Assembly: GCF_001194135.2 (NCBI RefSeq)
Contig: NC_068988.1
Coordinates: forward strand, 23,951,103 to 23,995,657
Source: Octopus bimaculoides
Lineage: Eukaryota
Reading direction: 5' to 3'
Length of the DNA: 44,555 bases
Part shown: piece by piece, positions 11,073 to 22,585 of the stretch
Position numbering within the stretch: position 1 is the first letter of the stretch
Layout: the number at the start of each line of letters is the position of its first letter
Notes under the pieces: generated by a model
Told to the model about the DNA's origin: nothing
What the model saw: only the letters and a program-made list of their open reading frames with translations
Databases searched by the model: none
Made by a program: the position numbers and the translations under genes

Positions 11073-11311
11073 TNNNNNNNNNNNNNNNNNNNNNNNNNNN
11101 NNNNNNNNNNNNNNNNNNNNNNNNNNNNNNNNNNNNNNNNNNNNNNNNNNNNNNNNNNNNNNNNNNNNNNNNNNNNNNNNNNNNNNNNNNNNNNNNNNNN
11201 NNNNNNNNNNNNNNNNNNNNNNNNNNNNNNNNNNNNNNNNNNNNNNNNNNNNNNNNNNNNNNNNNNNNNNNNNNNNNNNNNNNNNNNNNNNNNNNNNNNN
11301 NNNNNNNNNNN

Positions 11312-11365
<54 letters not shown>
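10988..11365. repeat. Compound (TATG)n/(TA)n/gap/(CA)n microsatellite
   Basis: Direct reading. Confidence 0.95.
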
Positions 11366-11366
<1 letters not shown>

Positions 11367-12129
11367 ATGCAGATGGTGTTGCAGCGAAAGTATTGCAAAA
11401 ATAGCCATAACTTCTTTTTTTTATTTACAGGCAGAGTCATTCCAATTATACATTGCTAATAGAATAAATCTTCCACTCTAGTATCTCCTCTTGCTTTTGT
11501 TCATTATAGGCAAATAACGGGTGGCAAGCAGAAGCAATGTGCCTTCATTGAGTTCTTGTTAAATGATATATGTATGTATCCGACACGCACACCGGAATTG
11601 CAGATCATCTTTAATGTCAAATCTATTGTCAAGAGCATTGAGCGCAGATGATGTGAAGGTGTAGAAAAAAGAGGAAAAAATAGATTGAAAGAGAACCAAG
11701 ATGTGGGGGACTGTCATCTGCAATCACTGATATGTATTTCCAGCGAGTAGATGGAATGATTCGTGAAGTCATACGAGTAACATTCCGTGAGTCGCTGACA
11801 AACGTAAGTGAAAATGCATTATATGTGTTAGCGGAAAACTTTTCGTTACAGGCAGATGTTTGAAAGGTGGCTATTCCGGTTGTCGATACCCTATTTGAAG
11901 GAGAGAAGGGTAGAAATGAATCCACTCTGATCTGCTGGAAGTGTTTAAAATCAATGAAGGCACATTCTTTTATACCGATCCGGGGACAGGAGCTGAAGTA
12001 TTAACACGCGTCTTTATGACCAAGAAACGAAGGCTCGGTTTATAGAGTAACGTCTTTTCATAAAAAACTAAAATGTTCACGAGCACAAACATTCATGGAA
12101 ACTGTTTGAGTGAATTACAACATCAGTCT

Positions 12130-12560
12130 CCTTAATTTTTAGGAATGTGGCTCTGAACAGCGAACCATATATTGAGTTAGTCACAAAGCTTTGACGAGCC
12201 ATAAGGGTGGGGAAGAGAATGGACAAGAATCTTAAAACGATTCGTATATACTTTGTAAATGCGCGACCATACACACACCCCTTTGACTACAAATAAAGCA
12301 ATCGGCAATTTGGCATCATTAGTGCCCCCCCCCCACACACACATCAACAGCAAAACATTGTACATGTCACCCTTCGACTTCTTTCTGTTCGGTGTAATGA
12401 AATTTATACTTCAAGGAAAAATGATTGGATGATGCACACGGAATGGAATTCGAGAGTCGAGGTTCAATGTATCGCTTGCGATGAAGACACCGGTGTGTCG
12501 TACCGTTTTATGGAGGAGAGTTACAATGACAATAAAACCTTGTATATACACAGACATATA
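12130..12560 (+). pseudogene. Heavily degraded mariner (DD34D) transposase C-terminal relic
   Basis: Frames give LNSEPYIELVTKL*RAIR...IYFVNARPYT (cf. INSERY..L.KLRRAIR...HDNARPHT), TTNKAIGNL (cf. T.EAI..LG) and SPFDFFLFGVMK..LQGK (cf. SPCDFFLF..LK..L.GK). Confidence 0.6.
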
Positions 12561-13475
12561 TTTTTTGAACGCAACACAATTCTTCATAAACTAGGCTAAA
12601 TACAAACAAATGCTCGATAAAGAGTTAATAAGAGACGTGTGTGATGCTGAGATCTCATTAGATAGATTTACAACGTAATCACCGCGGTCTAATTTAAATC
12701 TATAATCTATAATCTTTATTTTAATTCTATAATCTATAATTACTGAGATATAGTAACTTAGATTTATATTTCAGCGGTTATAAAACGTGAATTGTTCGGG
12801 TTTCACATCTGTCCTTCATAGCTTGTGTCATTGTTAGAAATCACTGTTGTTAAATTTGATAATAGTGTTGCCGATTCCGGATAAATCAAGTTGATTCATC
12901 TGCATCTCATCTTTACGGTTGGCGGTTTCCTGCCAGATTTCAAGATCAAGGTTTATTCTGATATGTAATATCTCTGACTCATAATCTATCAATTCAGGTG
13001 TATCCTCTTTTCATATTTCCTGTCCTACCCTTCTTATATGCACTATCAACTTCCAAGCAACTTCCACGCTTAAACAGTTTACAATACAATTCATTCCACC
13101 ATCAGATTCTGATTCTAAATTTTACACAAGTAAGGAGGTGCGAATCAAGCCCATATCAATAAACATGTTTCATAATCCTTATAATGTAACAAAATACAAT
13201 TCTCGCCGGTAAGTTTCTAAAATTGATGCAGAAATTCAAATGACTGTTTTGGTCCAATTTGTACAAAGCCCATCATGTTTATAGAAGATGTGGGTTCGAG
13301 TCCCACAGGTGGCCTTCTTTCCAAACGGGTTATTGAACCGATATTTATACTCTATTTATTATAGCTTTATCTACTTCGAGTTTCATCTTTAAAATCGAAA
13401 TATTTCACTCCTCTCGAAGCTTCTAAATTCCAAAGACGCAGACAATACACAAATATTTTTTCAGACACACCGAGT

Positions 13476-13549
13476 AACTAAAGGTGGTGCACCAACATGA
13501 CCTCAGCCCTGGACTGAAATCAGTAGATGATAAAGATAAAATATATGCA

Positions 13550-13599
<50 letters not shown>

Positions 13600-13619
13600 A
13601 TCTATATATATATATATAC

Positions 13620-13657
<38 letters not shown>

Positions 13658-13712
13658 ACCTACCTACTTACCTATCTATCTATCTATCTGTCTGTCTGTC
13701 TATCTATCTATA
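13476..13712 (+). repeat. SINE B 3' tail fragment followed by (TCTA)n/(TA)n microsatellite
   Basis: AAAGGTGGTGCACCAACATGACC...GACTGAAA...GATAAAGATAAAA resembles the B tail; TCTA repeats at 13553-13710. Confidence 0.65.
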
Positions 13713-14182
13713 TGTGTGTTCGTGTCCTATGTCTGTTTCCGTTTCCATACCGGACCATTATCGTGTTTTACCAAGAAGTTGTTTTCTCTTCCGCCATCAC
13801 AGCAATGGATAATTGCTGAAAGATGTGTGTTGACGTGGGCGGTCTAAGTGGCACGTGATATGGTTTGGTCAGTTGAAACAGATTATTGCAATGTTTGGAA
13901 TAGAGTGAAGGGAAGTAATTAGAATGTGTTTGTATTGTGACATCAAACGCGTAGAGTACATTCAGATCACACTTGTATACTTATATGAGCAGGGTGAGTG
14001 TTCTGTGTGTGTTGCCTCTGTGTGTGTCTGTGTGTCTGTGTGTGTGTGTGAGAGTGGGTGTGTGCGTGCATATGTGTGTGTGTGAGTGTACCTTTAAATG
14101 AATAGGTGTGAAACGTCACGCCGCATACATGTATAAATTTAATATACATGCATAAATAGTTACATATACATGTATACATACG

Positions 14183-14218
<36 letters not shown>

Positions 14219-15625
14219 TGTGTGTGCATATATACTTTAATAATAATAATAATAATAATAACNNNNNNNNNNNNNNNNNNNNNNNNNNNNNNNNNNNNNN
14301 NNNNNNNNNNNNNNNNNNNNNNNNNNNNNNNNNNNNNNNNNNNNNNNNNNNNNNNNNNNNNNNNNNNNNNNNNNNNNNNNNNNNNNNNNNNNNNNNNNNN
14401 NNNNNNNNNNNNNNNNNNNNNNNNNNNNNNNNNNNNNNNNNNNNNNNNNNNNNNNNNNNNNNNNNNNNNNNNNNNNNNNNNNNNNNNNNNNNNNNNNNNN
14501 NNNNNNNNNNNNNNNNNNNNNNNNNNNNNNNNNNNNNNNNNNNNNNNNNNNNNNNNNNNNNNNNNNNNNNNNNNNNNNNNNNNNNNNNNNNNNNNNNNNN
14601 NNNNNNNNNNNNNNNNNNNNNNNNNNNNNNNNNNNNNNNNNNNNNNNNNNNNNNNNNNNNNNNNNNNNNNNNNNNNNNNNNNNNNNNNNNNNNNNNNNNN
14701 NNNNNNNNNNNNNNNNNNNNNNNNNNNNNNNNNNNNNNNNNNNNNNNNNNNNNNNNNNNNNNNNNNNNNNNNNNNNNNNNNNNNNNNNNNNNNNNNNNNN
14801 NNNNNNNNNNNNNNNNNNNNNNNNNNNNNNNNNNNNNNNNNNNNNNNNNNNNNNNNNNNNNNNNNNNNNNNNNNNNNNNNNNNNNNNNNNNNNNNNNNNN
14901 NNNNNNNNNNNNNNNNNNNNNNNNNNNNNNNNNNNNNNNNNNNNNNNNNNNNNNNNNNNNNNNNNNNNNNNNNNNNNNNNNNNNNNNNNNNNNNNNNNNN
15001 NNNNNNNNNNNNNNNNNNNNNNNNNNNNNNNNNNNNNNNNNNNNNNNNNNNNNNNNNNNNNNNNNNNNNNNNNNNNNNNNNNNNNNNNNNNNNNNNNNNN
15101 NNNNNNNNNNNNNNNNNNNNNNNNNNNNNNNNNNNNNNNNNNNNNNNNNNNNNNNNNNNNNNNNNNNNNNNNNNNNNNNNNNNNNNNNNNNNNNNNNNNN
15201 NNNNNNNNNNNNNNNNNNNNNNNNNNNNNNNNNNNNNNNNNTAAATGAGTATATGCACATATACGTACAGGTATGTGCATACCGACATCCACCTGTATGT
15301 ATAGGTGCATATCTGGGTACAGGACATTGCAAACAAAATCGTAGACGAGAAAACACACAAGCCACATAGAGAACATTCTACTTCATCAGCTACCCCCGTT
15401 TTAACACCGGCGTTTCGAAGAGCTGGGCAGGACGCATCGTTAAAACGGCCTTTCCCATGGACCGCAACTTAAATTTGTATACACAAATTAAATCTTGCCA
15501 TGGAGGAATGTAGTGGCGGACAAAAAACAAGACAGGAAAACAAACAGAAAAGGCTTTACGGCCAGACGAGAAAAATTATGTGTGTATGAACGCTGATTTT
15601 GTTGGTTTTGAATCGTCATCGATAT

Positions 15626-16018
15626 AGGTGGTAAGAAACTCGCTTGCCTACCACATGGTTCTGTGTTCAGTCCCAACGCATGACACCTTAGGCAAGTGTC
15701 ATCTACAATAGCATCAGGCAGACGCAAACCTTGTGAGTAAATTTGGTAGACTGAAGCTGAAAGAAGGACATCGTATATATGTGAGTGTGAGTGTGCGTGT
15801 GCGTGTGTGTGCATGCGTGTGTGTGTGTCCTTGCGACTGTGCTTGTCTCCCACCACCGCATGACAACCGGAATTGATGTGTATATGTCACCGTAACTTAG
15901 CGGCTAGGCAAAAGAGTTCCGATAGACTAAGTTCTAGACGTAAAGAAATAAGTCCAGGGGTCAAATTGTTCGGCTAAAAACCCTTCAGCATAGCCGCAGT
16001 CAAAATGACTGAAACGGG
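15626..16018 (+). mobile_element. SINE family B, diverged
   Basis: GGTAAGAAACTCGCTTGCCTACCACATGGTTC, GACACCTTAGGCAAGTGTCATCT, tail GTAACTTAGCGGCTAGGCAAAAGAG...GCCGCAGTCAAAATGACTGAAAC. Confidence 0.82.
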
Positions 16019-16468
16019 GAAAAGTTCGAAAATCTCACTGTAACTTGGCCATTGTTTTTTTTACGAGTTAGAGGTGTTGGTCCTATGCAAACCCATTCTT
16101 ACCTATGGGAAAAGGTGATCCATGTTAGTCAGGCCTTTATCCCTTCACTTTTCCAGCACAGGAGGCCCTAATAGGAGACTGAACTCCTCTGTCTTAGCTC
16201 TCAGGAGCATTGGGGGACATAAGCCAGTAGACCGCAACAAGGACTGGATCTAATGGCGGGAGGACACATTTAAATGAACTTCAATTTTGCAAATAATAGT
16301 TCCATTAATGTTCTTGGTGTATGTGTGTGTGTGTGCGTGTGTGTGCGTGTGTGTGTGTGGGGGGGTGTTTATTCTACCTGTACTATGTATACGATATTCT
16401 ATCGTTTGATATCTGCTTCTTTTATTTGTTTTCATGTCTTGTTCGCGTGTCTTAAGTTATCTCAGGTG

Positions 16469-16564
16469 GAGTAGTAGTAGTAGTAGCATCAACAACAGCA
16501 CCAACAGCAGCAGTAGTGGCGGTAGTAGTAGCAACAGGAGCAGTAGCGGTAGCGGCAGCAGCAA

Positions 16565-16618
<54 letters not shown>

Positions 16619-16714
16619 TAGTAGTAGTAGTAGTGGTAGTAGTAGTAGCAGCAACAACAACAGCAGCAACAGTAGCAGTAATAGCAACAGCAGCAGTAGT
16701 GGTAGCAGCAGCAA

Positions 16715-16799
<85 letters not shown>

Positions 16800-16846
16800 G
16801 GTGGTGGTGGTGGTGGCGGTGGTGGTGGTAGCAACAACAGCAGTAA

Positions 16847-16900
<54 letters not shown>
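16469..16900. repeat. Compound trinucleotide array (AGT/AGC/AAC/GGT)
   Basis: Direct reading; source of the poly-Ser/Val/Leu ORFs. Confidence 0.96.
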
Positions 16901-16901
<1 letters not shown>

Positions 16902-17304
16902 TTTGTTTAACTGTACATGTTATGTACTTATTTCATTGCCTGTTTCTCTGACGGTAAAAATATATCTTCTATATTTGGAAAGAAGAAACAGACCAGCATG
17001 TGAATGCGCATGTATTGTGCGTCAGAGCTTCTCCGCATTCAATCACAATAGTTTGCTTAACAGTATGTTGACAGTAAGATCCACGTGTGGTTATAAATAC
17101 AAGTTAAGATTATTTCTCTTCACAACAGGAATCGTTCGTTACTAAGAAAGAATTGTTCAAATGGTTTCTAAGGAGGGAAAAGAAGAGAAGAAAAAAGAAA
17201 AAAATAAAGAAAAAAAATCGTATTATTAATGATAAACCGAGGGAAAAACAAAAAAAAAACTAGACTCTAACATAAAAGGAAATCAATATTGGTTATCAAT
17301 ATTG

Positions 17305-17307
<3 letters not shown>

Positions 17308-17347
<40 letters not shown>

Positions 17348-17599
17348 TATTATTATCATTATTATTATTATTGTTATTATTATTATTATCATTATTATTA
17401 CTATAGTTGTGTTTATAATTGTGGATGTTAGTCTTGTTGTCACCGGGGCGTTGTTGTTTCCGTTGGTTATATTTTGTCCTGTCGATTTTTTTTTCTTTTG
17501 TTTTTCTGTATTTGTCGTCGTTGTCCTTGTTCGTCTCTTGATTATTTTCTTCTGCCAACAGCAATTTACCAAAAACAACAACAACAACAACAACAACAC

Positions 17600-17670
<71 letters not shown>

Positions 17671-17690
17671 AAGCAGCAGCAGCAGCAGTA
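17308..17690. repeat. (ATC)n/(ATT)n, (AAC)n and (AGT)n trinucleotide arrays
   Basis: Direct reading. Confidence 0.93.
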
Positions 17691-18513
17691 TAATGATTAG
17701 AAAATACGAAATAAGAAAACGAGAGAGAAGTAAAAAAAAAAGAAAGCTTTTACAGTTGTAAATGGATGTTTGATGTAATATGGCGTTTTTGTTTAATTAG
17801 CGTGACTAAAGTGAAATACGGCATATCGGTGTTAATAGCGTGTGTATTAGTTTTCTCTAAGAGGAGAAGGAGACGTGGAAAAAGAAGAAAAAATATGCGT
17901 CCTGTATTTTGAAGTGGTCTGCTGAGGTGTGTCTCTACACATCTTTAATTAGCAAACAATGCACTTCATGTTCGACCACCAAGTGACCCCTTGTGTTAAA
18001 CTGTATAAAAATAGCCGAGAATAACAAAAGAAATAACATATAGTTAATAAAAACAAAACAACAACATAAAAACTAACATGTATTTGAGAAAATAGAAAAT
18101 GTACTAACAACAGCGATAAAATTAACATAAATCAATATCGATTCGAAGCGGTATAGATTTCATATAATGTTATAAACATGGAAAAAAAATCACCAAGGCA
18201 GGGAAGTAGAGATATATAGAATAAAACAAACAATGAACAACGAAGAAAGAGTGACAATAGGTGAAATACATCAATGGAAATCGTTTGTCAAGGCTGTAAT
18301 ATGAAATTATAGATACGCTTAAATGTTGTGTAGTGACTCGATATATATTTGCCCCTAGCGACTATCGTAAATGGACTGCTTTATTTTGGTGCTCAGTTAT
18401 GAGGTTCTGTACGTAACGGATACAATTACACTGTACGTTAAGTGGTCACTTCGACGTCGAAGACAATCGCATGTGAAACTACGGCCATTAAAATCGCTGA
18501 GTGTGGCTACATG

Positions 18514-18678
18514 TTTTTGTTTTACTTATTTCAATCATTAGACTGCGACCATGTTGGAGCGCCACCTGGACGAATTTTAATCGAACGAATGAACTCCGGA
18601 GCTTATTTTGCTAAGCTAGCTATTTATTCTATCTTCTTTTACCAAACCTCTAAATTTACGGGGAAATAAACACACCAA
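18514..18678 (-). mobile_element. SINE family B 3' tail fragment
   Basis: TTTTACTTATTTCAATCATTAGACTGCGACCATGTTGGAGCGCCACC...AAACACACCA matches the B tail. Confidence 0.72.
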
Positions 18679-19539
18679 TATAACAGATAAATACCAGATC
18701 GACCTGCTGCAAAACAACAACATAGCTACTAAGTTAGCTTTCTTTAGTTAATGCAACTTTCTTATTTCAAGACTGTAGTATCAAATCTATATCAATAATT
18801 TATTCTTATCATTTCAAAAATAATATTTACAGTTTTCACCTTAGAAACGGTGCTATATGACATGCTAGTACTACGAATTACATACATTATCAAATCTACA
18901 ATTTCACTTTTAAGGTTCTGTTACGAGAGTATGAACCAAATACAAAATAAGTCAATTCAATGAATTTAATCGGTGGTTCTTTTTCTGGAAGGAGAACAAG
19001 GGACTTGGTAATTCGTAGCCGTGTCCTTAACTATCATATATTCTTGATTCCAAAACGACGCAGTCTTCAATATATTTTCGTTGTTGCAAAACAGATTTAT
19101 TTTAAAACTCACCCTACTATATAGCAGTATTTCTGATGATATATTTGCATTATATACACACCAGATAGTAATAATTCTAAGTATTTTAGCAATTCTTTAA
19201 CGCACAGACACACTTGCTTCATCCATCAGGACATTGAATATTCAGATAGTAAATGCTACTCCAAATACGATCAGCTTTTTCGCAAAATAGCATTCAGTTC
19301 ATATTACGTAAAAGCCATCTCACTGGAAACGAAGAAACAAAAATAGTGTAAACATAGCCCACGCGAATCTTTATTATTATACTTGGGACTATTCCCAGTC
19401 ATTCATACTATCGAGGTCGATAATAAAAGTACCAGCCGAGGCTGATATTAGTGTATTCGACTTACGGCCAACCGTGAAATATCTGGCCTTTTTATTTTTA
19501 TTAAATTTGAAACCAATATAAAGACGACGATCGAGGAGT

Positions 19540-19735
19540 ATCCTTAGCATGCAGGACAACATGGTTAGTGGCATATATTTCGGCTCTTTGCATTGTGAGT
19601 TCAAATTCTGCCGAGGCCACTTTTGCTTTGTCATCTCATCGGAGTCGATAAAATAATTACCAGTTAAAAACTGGGGTCGATGTAACCCACAAATCACCTC
19701 CCCACCCCAGACTGGTGGCCCTATGCCAAAATTAG
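19540..19735 (+). mobile_element. SINE family C, diverged
   Basis: GTGAGTTCAAATTCTGCCGAGG, GGAGTCGATAAAATAATTACCAG, CTGGGGTCGATGTAA. Confidence 0.72.
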
Positions 19736-20104
19736 ACGGGATTATTTTCTTTGTGGTCCTCACATTGGAATTTGTAACCGTCTGAAAGAAGGGAATCCTT
19801 CACTTGAGCCTGTATGTATCCATCAACACATTAAGAGTGATGTCCTTAGTAAAGACAGCTCAACTAAGTACGAAGTTCTCCAAGGCAGAATAGCATTTTC
19901 TACTTTCATAATGCAAACTAAATCTACATGTAGTCTTAACAGGCAAACAATCTTAACGCGAGAATATGCGAGTATTGCTGATTATATTGCAGCGAAGAAA
20001 ACAAAAACAAAAACAAAAACAAAAACAAAGAAACGTAATTGCGAAACACTTAAACATGCTCTTCAGACTCTACGACTAATGATGCTTCTTCAGAATAATA
20101 TCTG

Positions 20105-20110
20105 CAATAA

Positions 20111-20154
<44 letters not shown>

Positions 20155-20259
20155 TTTAATGATAATGACGATTATGATGATGATGATGGTAAAAAGTATA
20201 ATAATGATGATCATCATGATCATGATGAAGGTAGTGATGAAGATAATAATAGTAATAGC

Positions 20260-20300
<41 letters not shown>

Positions 20301-20330
20301 TGATGATGATGATGATGATGATGATAATAA
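20105..20330. repeat. (AAT)n/(GAT)n trinucleotide arrays
   Basis: Direct reading. Confidence 0.95.
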
Positions 20331-21098
20331 ATAAGCAAAATAAATATATTTAAATATTCGTATGTTTGAAATGCTGAAAACATATTAGACATAACAAACA
20401 AACATAGCCAGAAGCAGTTTCTTTTTACGGAGCAGAGAGGTATTCGTTATTGGTTTGAAAGATAACTACCTATTTCGAACATAAGTACAGACTTGATATA
20501 AAAACTGATATATACATACACACATACACCCATACAAACACACATATATATATATATAGTTATATTCAAACGAGTAAATATATTTTTAGAAAGATGGGTA
20601 TTATGTAAACTGAAGACAGCGAAGAAAAAAAGTATGGAATCGAATATATGATGTGTGTATATGTTGTGCTTGCGTGCGCTTGTGTCAAAACCTAAAATTG
20701 CGTGTATACGTAACTAATAACTACGAGAGGGAAGGCGTTATTTCTCTAATATTAGACACCATTTGATTTGAATACGGAAATATCTTAGCCTTGCGTTCCT
20801 TGGTCAGAAACATCTCACACAGATATACATATATCACGGAACATATATTGGCCTCCATACATTCATATTTACACATACACATATACAAAGCAAAAGCACG
20901 CCCGTGTGCGCATAGGTCAACGTCTTCGAAGATTCTGCCTAGTCGCAATGTGAGTTTACGAAACTAAGCGAAAATTTCGAATTCACTGTCAACGTTTTCT
21001 ATGTGAAATTAAAGGTCATGCATAGTTATACACAAGATAGTCTAACATTAATCTAATTACCACATAATGTATATATATATATATATATACATGTAGTA

Positions 21099-21570
21099 GA
21101 GGCGCGTGGCTTAGTGGTTAGGTTGTCACCACCATGATCGTATGATTGTGGTTTCGATTTCAGGACCGGGCGACGCGTTGTGTTCTTGAGCAAAACACTT
21201 CATTTCACGTTGCTCCAGTCCACTCAGCGAGCCAACATGAGTAACGCTGCGATGGACTGGCGTTCCATCCAGGTGGGGAACTCATACGCCATTGAAATCG
21301 GGGAAACCGGGCTCGTATCCTGGCTAGGCTTTAAAAGGAAGCATCTATTATTTATTATTATATATGTTTGTGTGTCTCTGTTTGTCCCACTTACCATCGC
21401 TTGACAATAGATGTTTGTGTGATTACGTCCCCGTGACATAGCGGTTCGGCATAAGAGACCGATAGAATAAGTAGTAAGGCTTACAAAGAATAAGTACTGA
21501 AGTCGATTTCTTCGACTAAAGCAACTTCATCAGCATAGCCGCGCTCAAATGACTGAAAAGAATAAAAGAA
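21099..21570 (+). mobile_element. Composite SINE: family A head, CORE-like and V-like blocks joined to a family B tail
   Basis: GAGGCGCGTGGCTTAGTGGTTAGG head, GTAACGCTGCGATGGACTGGCGTTCCATCCAG block, then TTTGTCCCACTTACCATCGCTTGACAA...GACTGAAAAGAATAAAAG (B tail). Confidence 0.8.
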
Positions 21571-21663
21571 TATTATAATTCCTCTAACTGTGTGCGAAAT
21601 ATGAATAAGTATATGACTATATTATTGGTATAGGAGCCGTTGTAGTATATAAAACGTATATTA

Positions 21664-22076
21664 AGGCAGCGAGCTTGCAGAAACATTAGCACGTGAAATG
21701 CTTAGCGGTATTTCGTTTGCTGTTACGTTCTGAGTTCAAATTTCGTCGAGGTCGACCTTGCCCTTCATCCTTTCGGGGTCGATAAATTAAGTACCAGTTA
21801 CGCACTGAGGTCGATGTAATCGACTTAATCCCTTTGTCTGTCCTTGTTTATGTCCTCTGTGGGCAATAAAGAAATAAGAAACGTTGGCACGCCGGGCGAA
21901 ATGCTGAGCGGTATTTCGTCTAACTTTACTTTCTGAGTTCAAATTCCGCCGAGTTCGACTTTGCCTTTAATTCTTTCGGAGTCATTAAATTAAGTACCAT
22001 CTGTGTACTGAGGTCGACCTAATCGACTGCCCCACCCCAAAACAATTTCGGGCCTTGTGCCTAGAATAGAAAAGAA
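21664..22076 (+). mobile_element. Two SINE family C copies in tandem (21664-21880, 21878-22076)
   Basis: Two complete bodies, each with GAGTTCAAATT and GTCGA..TAATCGACT; the second lacks the first ~15 nt. Confidence 0.88.
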
Positions 22077-22362
22077 TGCATGAATTTATTTCAGTCCTTC
22101 TGTTTTATGCTGTTTGGGGCATGAGGTAATATTGCTTAATTTATGAAGAATCGTCAAGAGAACAATTATGCAAATTAGTTTACCCACTCTGCTGCTGGCT
22201 TAATTCCTAGCTGCTTTAGAATCAGCTGAGTTAGAGGAAGAAATAGAATGCGTCTTCTCATAGGAACAATCAACAAACTGTGAAATCGTCCGTCAGGAAA
22301 CTCCCATTATATTTACCCGTTCGCCAATAGTGCAAAATGATTGTTTATATATTCTTATTTAG

Positions 22363-22469
22363 TAAAGGCCAGCAATTTCGAGAGAAGGGGCGAAGTCGAT
22401 GATAATATGTTCAATTGGTACTTATTTTATCGACCCCGAAATGATGAAAAGCGATTCTGCCAACTCGCC
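22363..22469 (-). mobile_element. SINE family C with ~80-bp internal deletion
   Basis: GATGAAAAG is joined directly to CGATTCTGCCAACTCGCC; the B-box segment seen at 26401-26580 is missing. Confidence 0.72.
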
Positions 22470-22553
22470 CAGTTGTATGAAGTTTTATAAGACTGTAATA
22501 CATAAATACATACATACATACATACACATATGTGTGTATGTGTATGTGAGTGT

Positions 22554-22585
<32 letters not shown>

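Noticed and set aside
12830-13120. Minus-strand reading NLESESDGG...EI*KEDTPELIDYESEILHIRINLDLEIWQETA...
   Set aside because: Internal stop, no recognisable family, and it is the antisense register of the plus-strand candidate.
13280-13305. GTGGGTTCGAGTCCCAC tRNA T-arm-like motif
   Set aside because: No D arm or acceptor stem could be built; at most a SINE or tRNA scrap.
16085-16260. Segment resembling an RTE-type 5' UTR (CTCTCAGGAGCATTGGGGGACATAAGCC...)
   Set aside because: Resemblance from memory only; no downstream ORF1/APE sequence to support it.
16434-17145. Poly-Ser, poly-Val and poly-Leu ORFs
   Set aside because: Translations of AGT/AGC/GGT triplet arrays; frame retention is expected from triplet slippage; no splice or domain evidence.
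18449-18462. 14-bp palindrome CTTCGACGTCGAAG
   Set aside because: A 7-bp-arm palindrome is expected by chance in 44 kb.
20722-20760. TACGAGAGGG as a mariner TIR
   Set aside because: No partner TIR or transposase remnant found.
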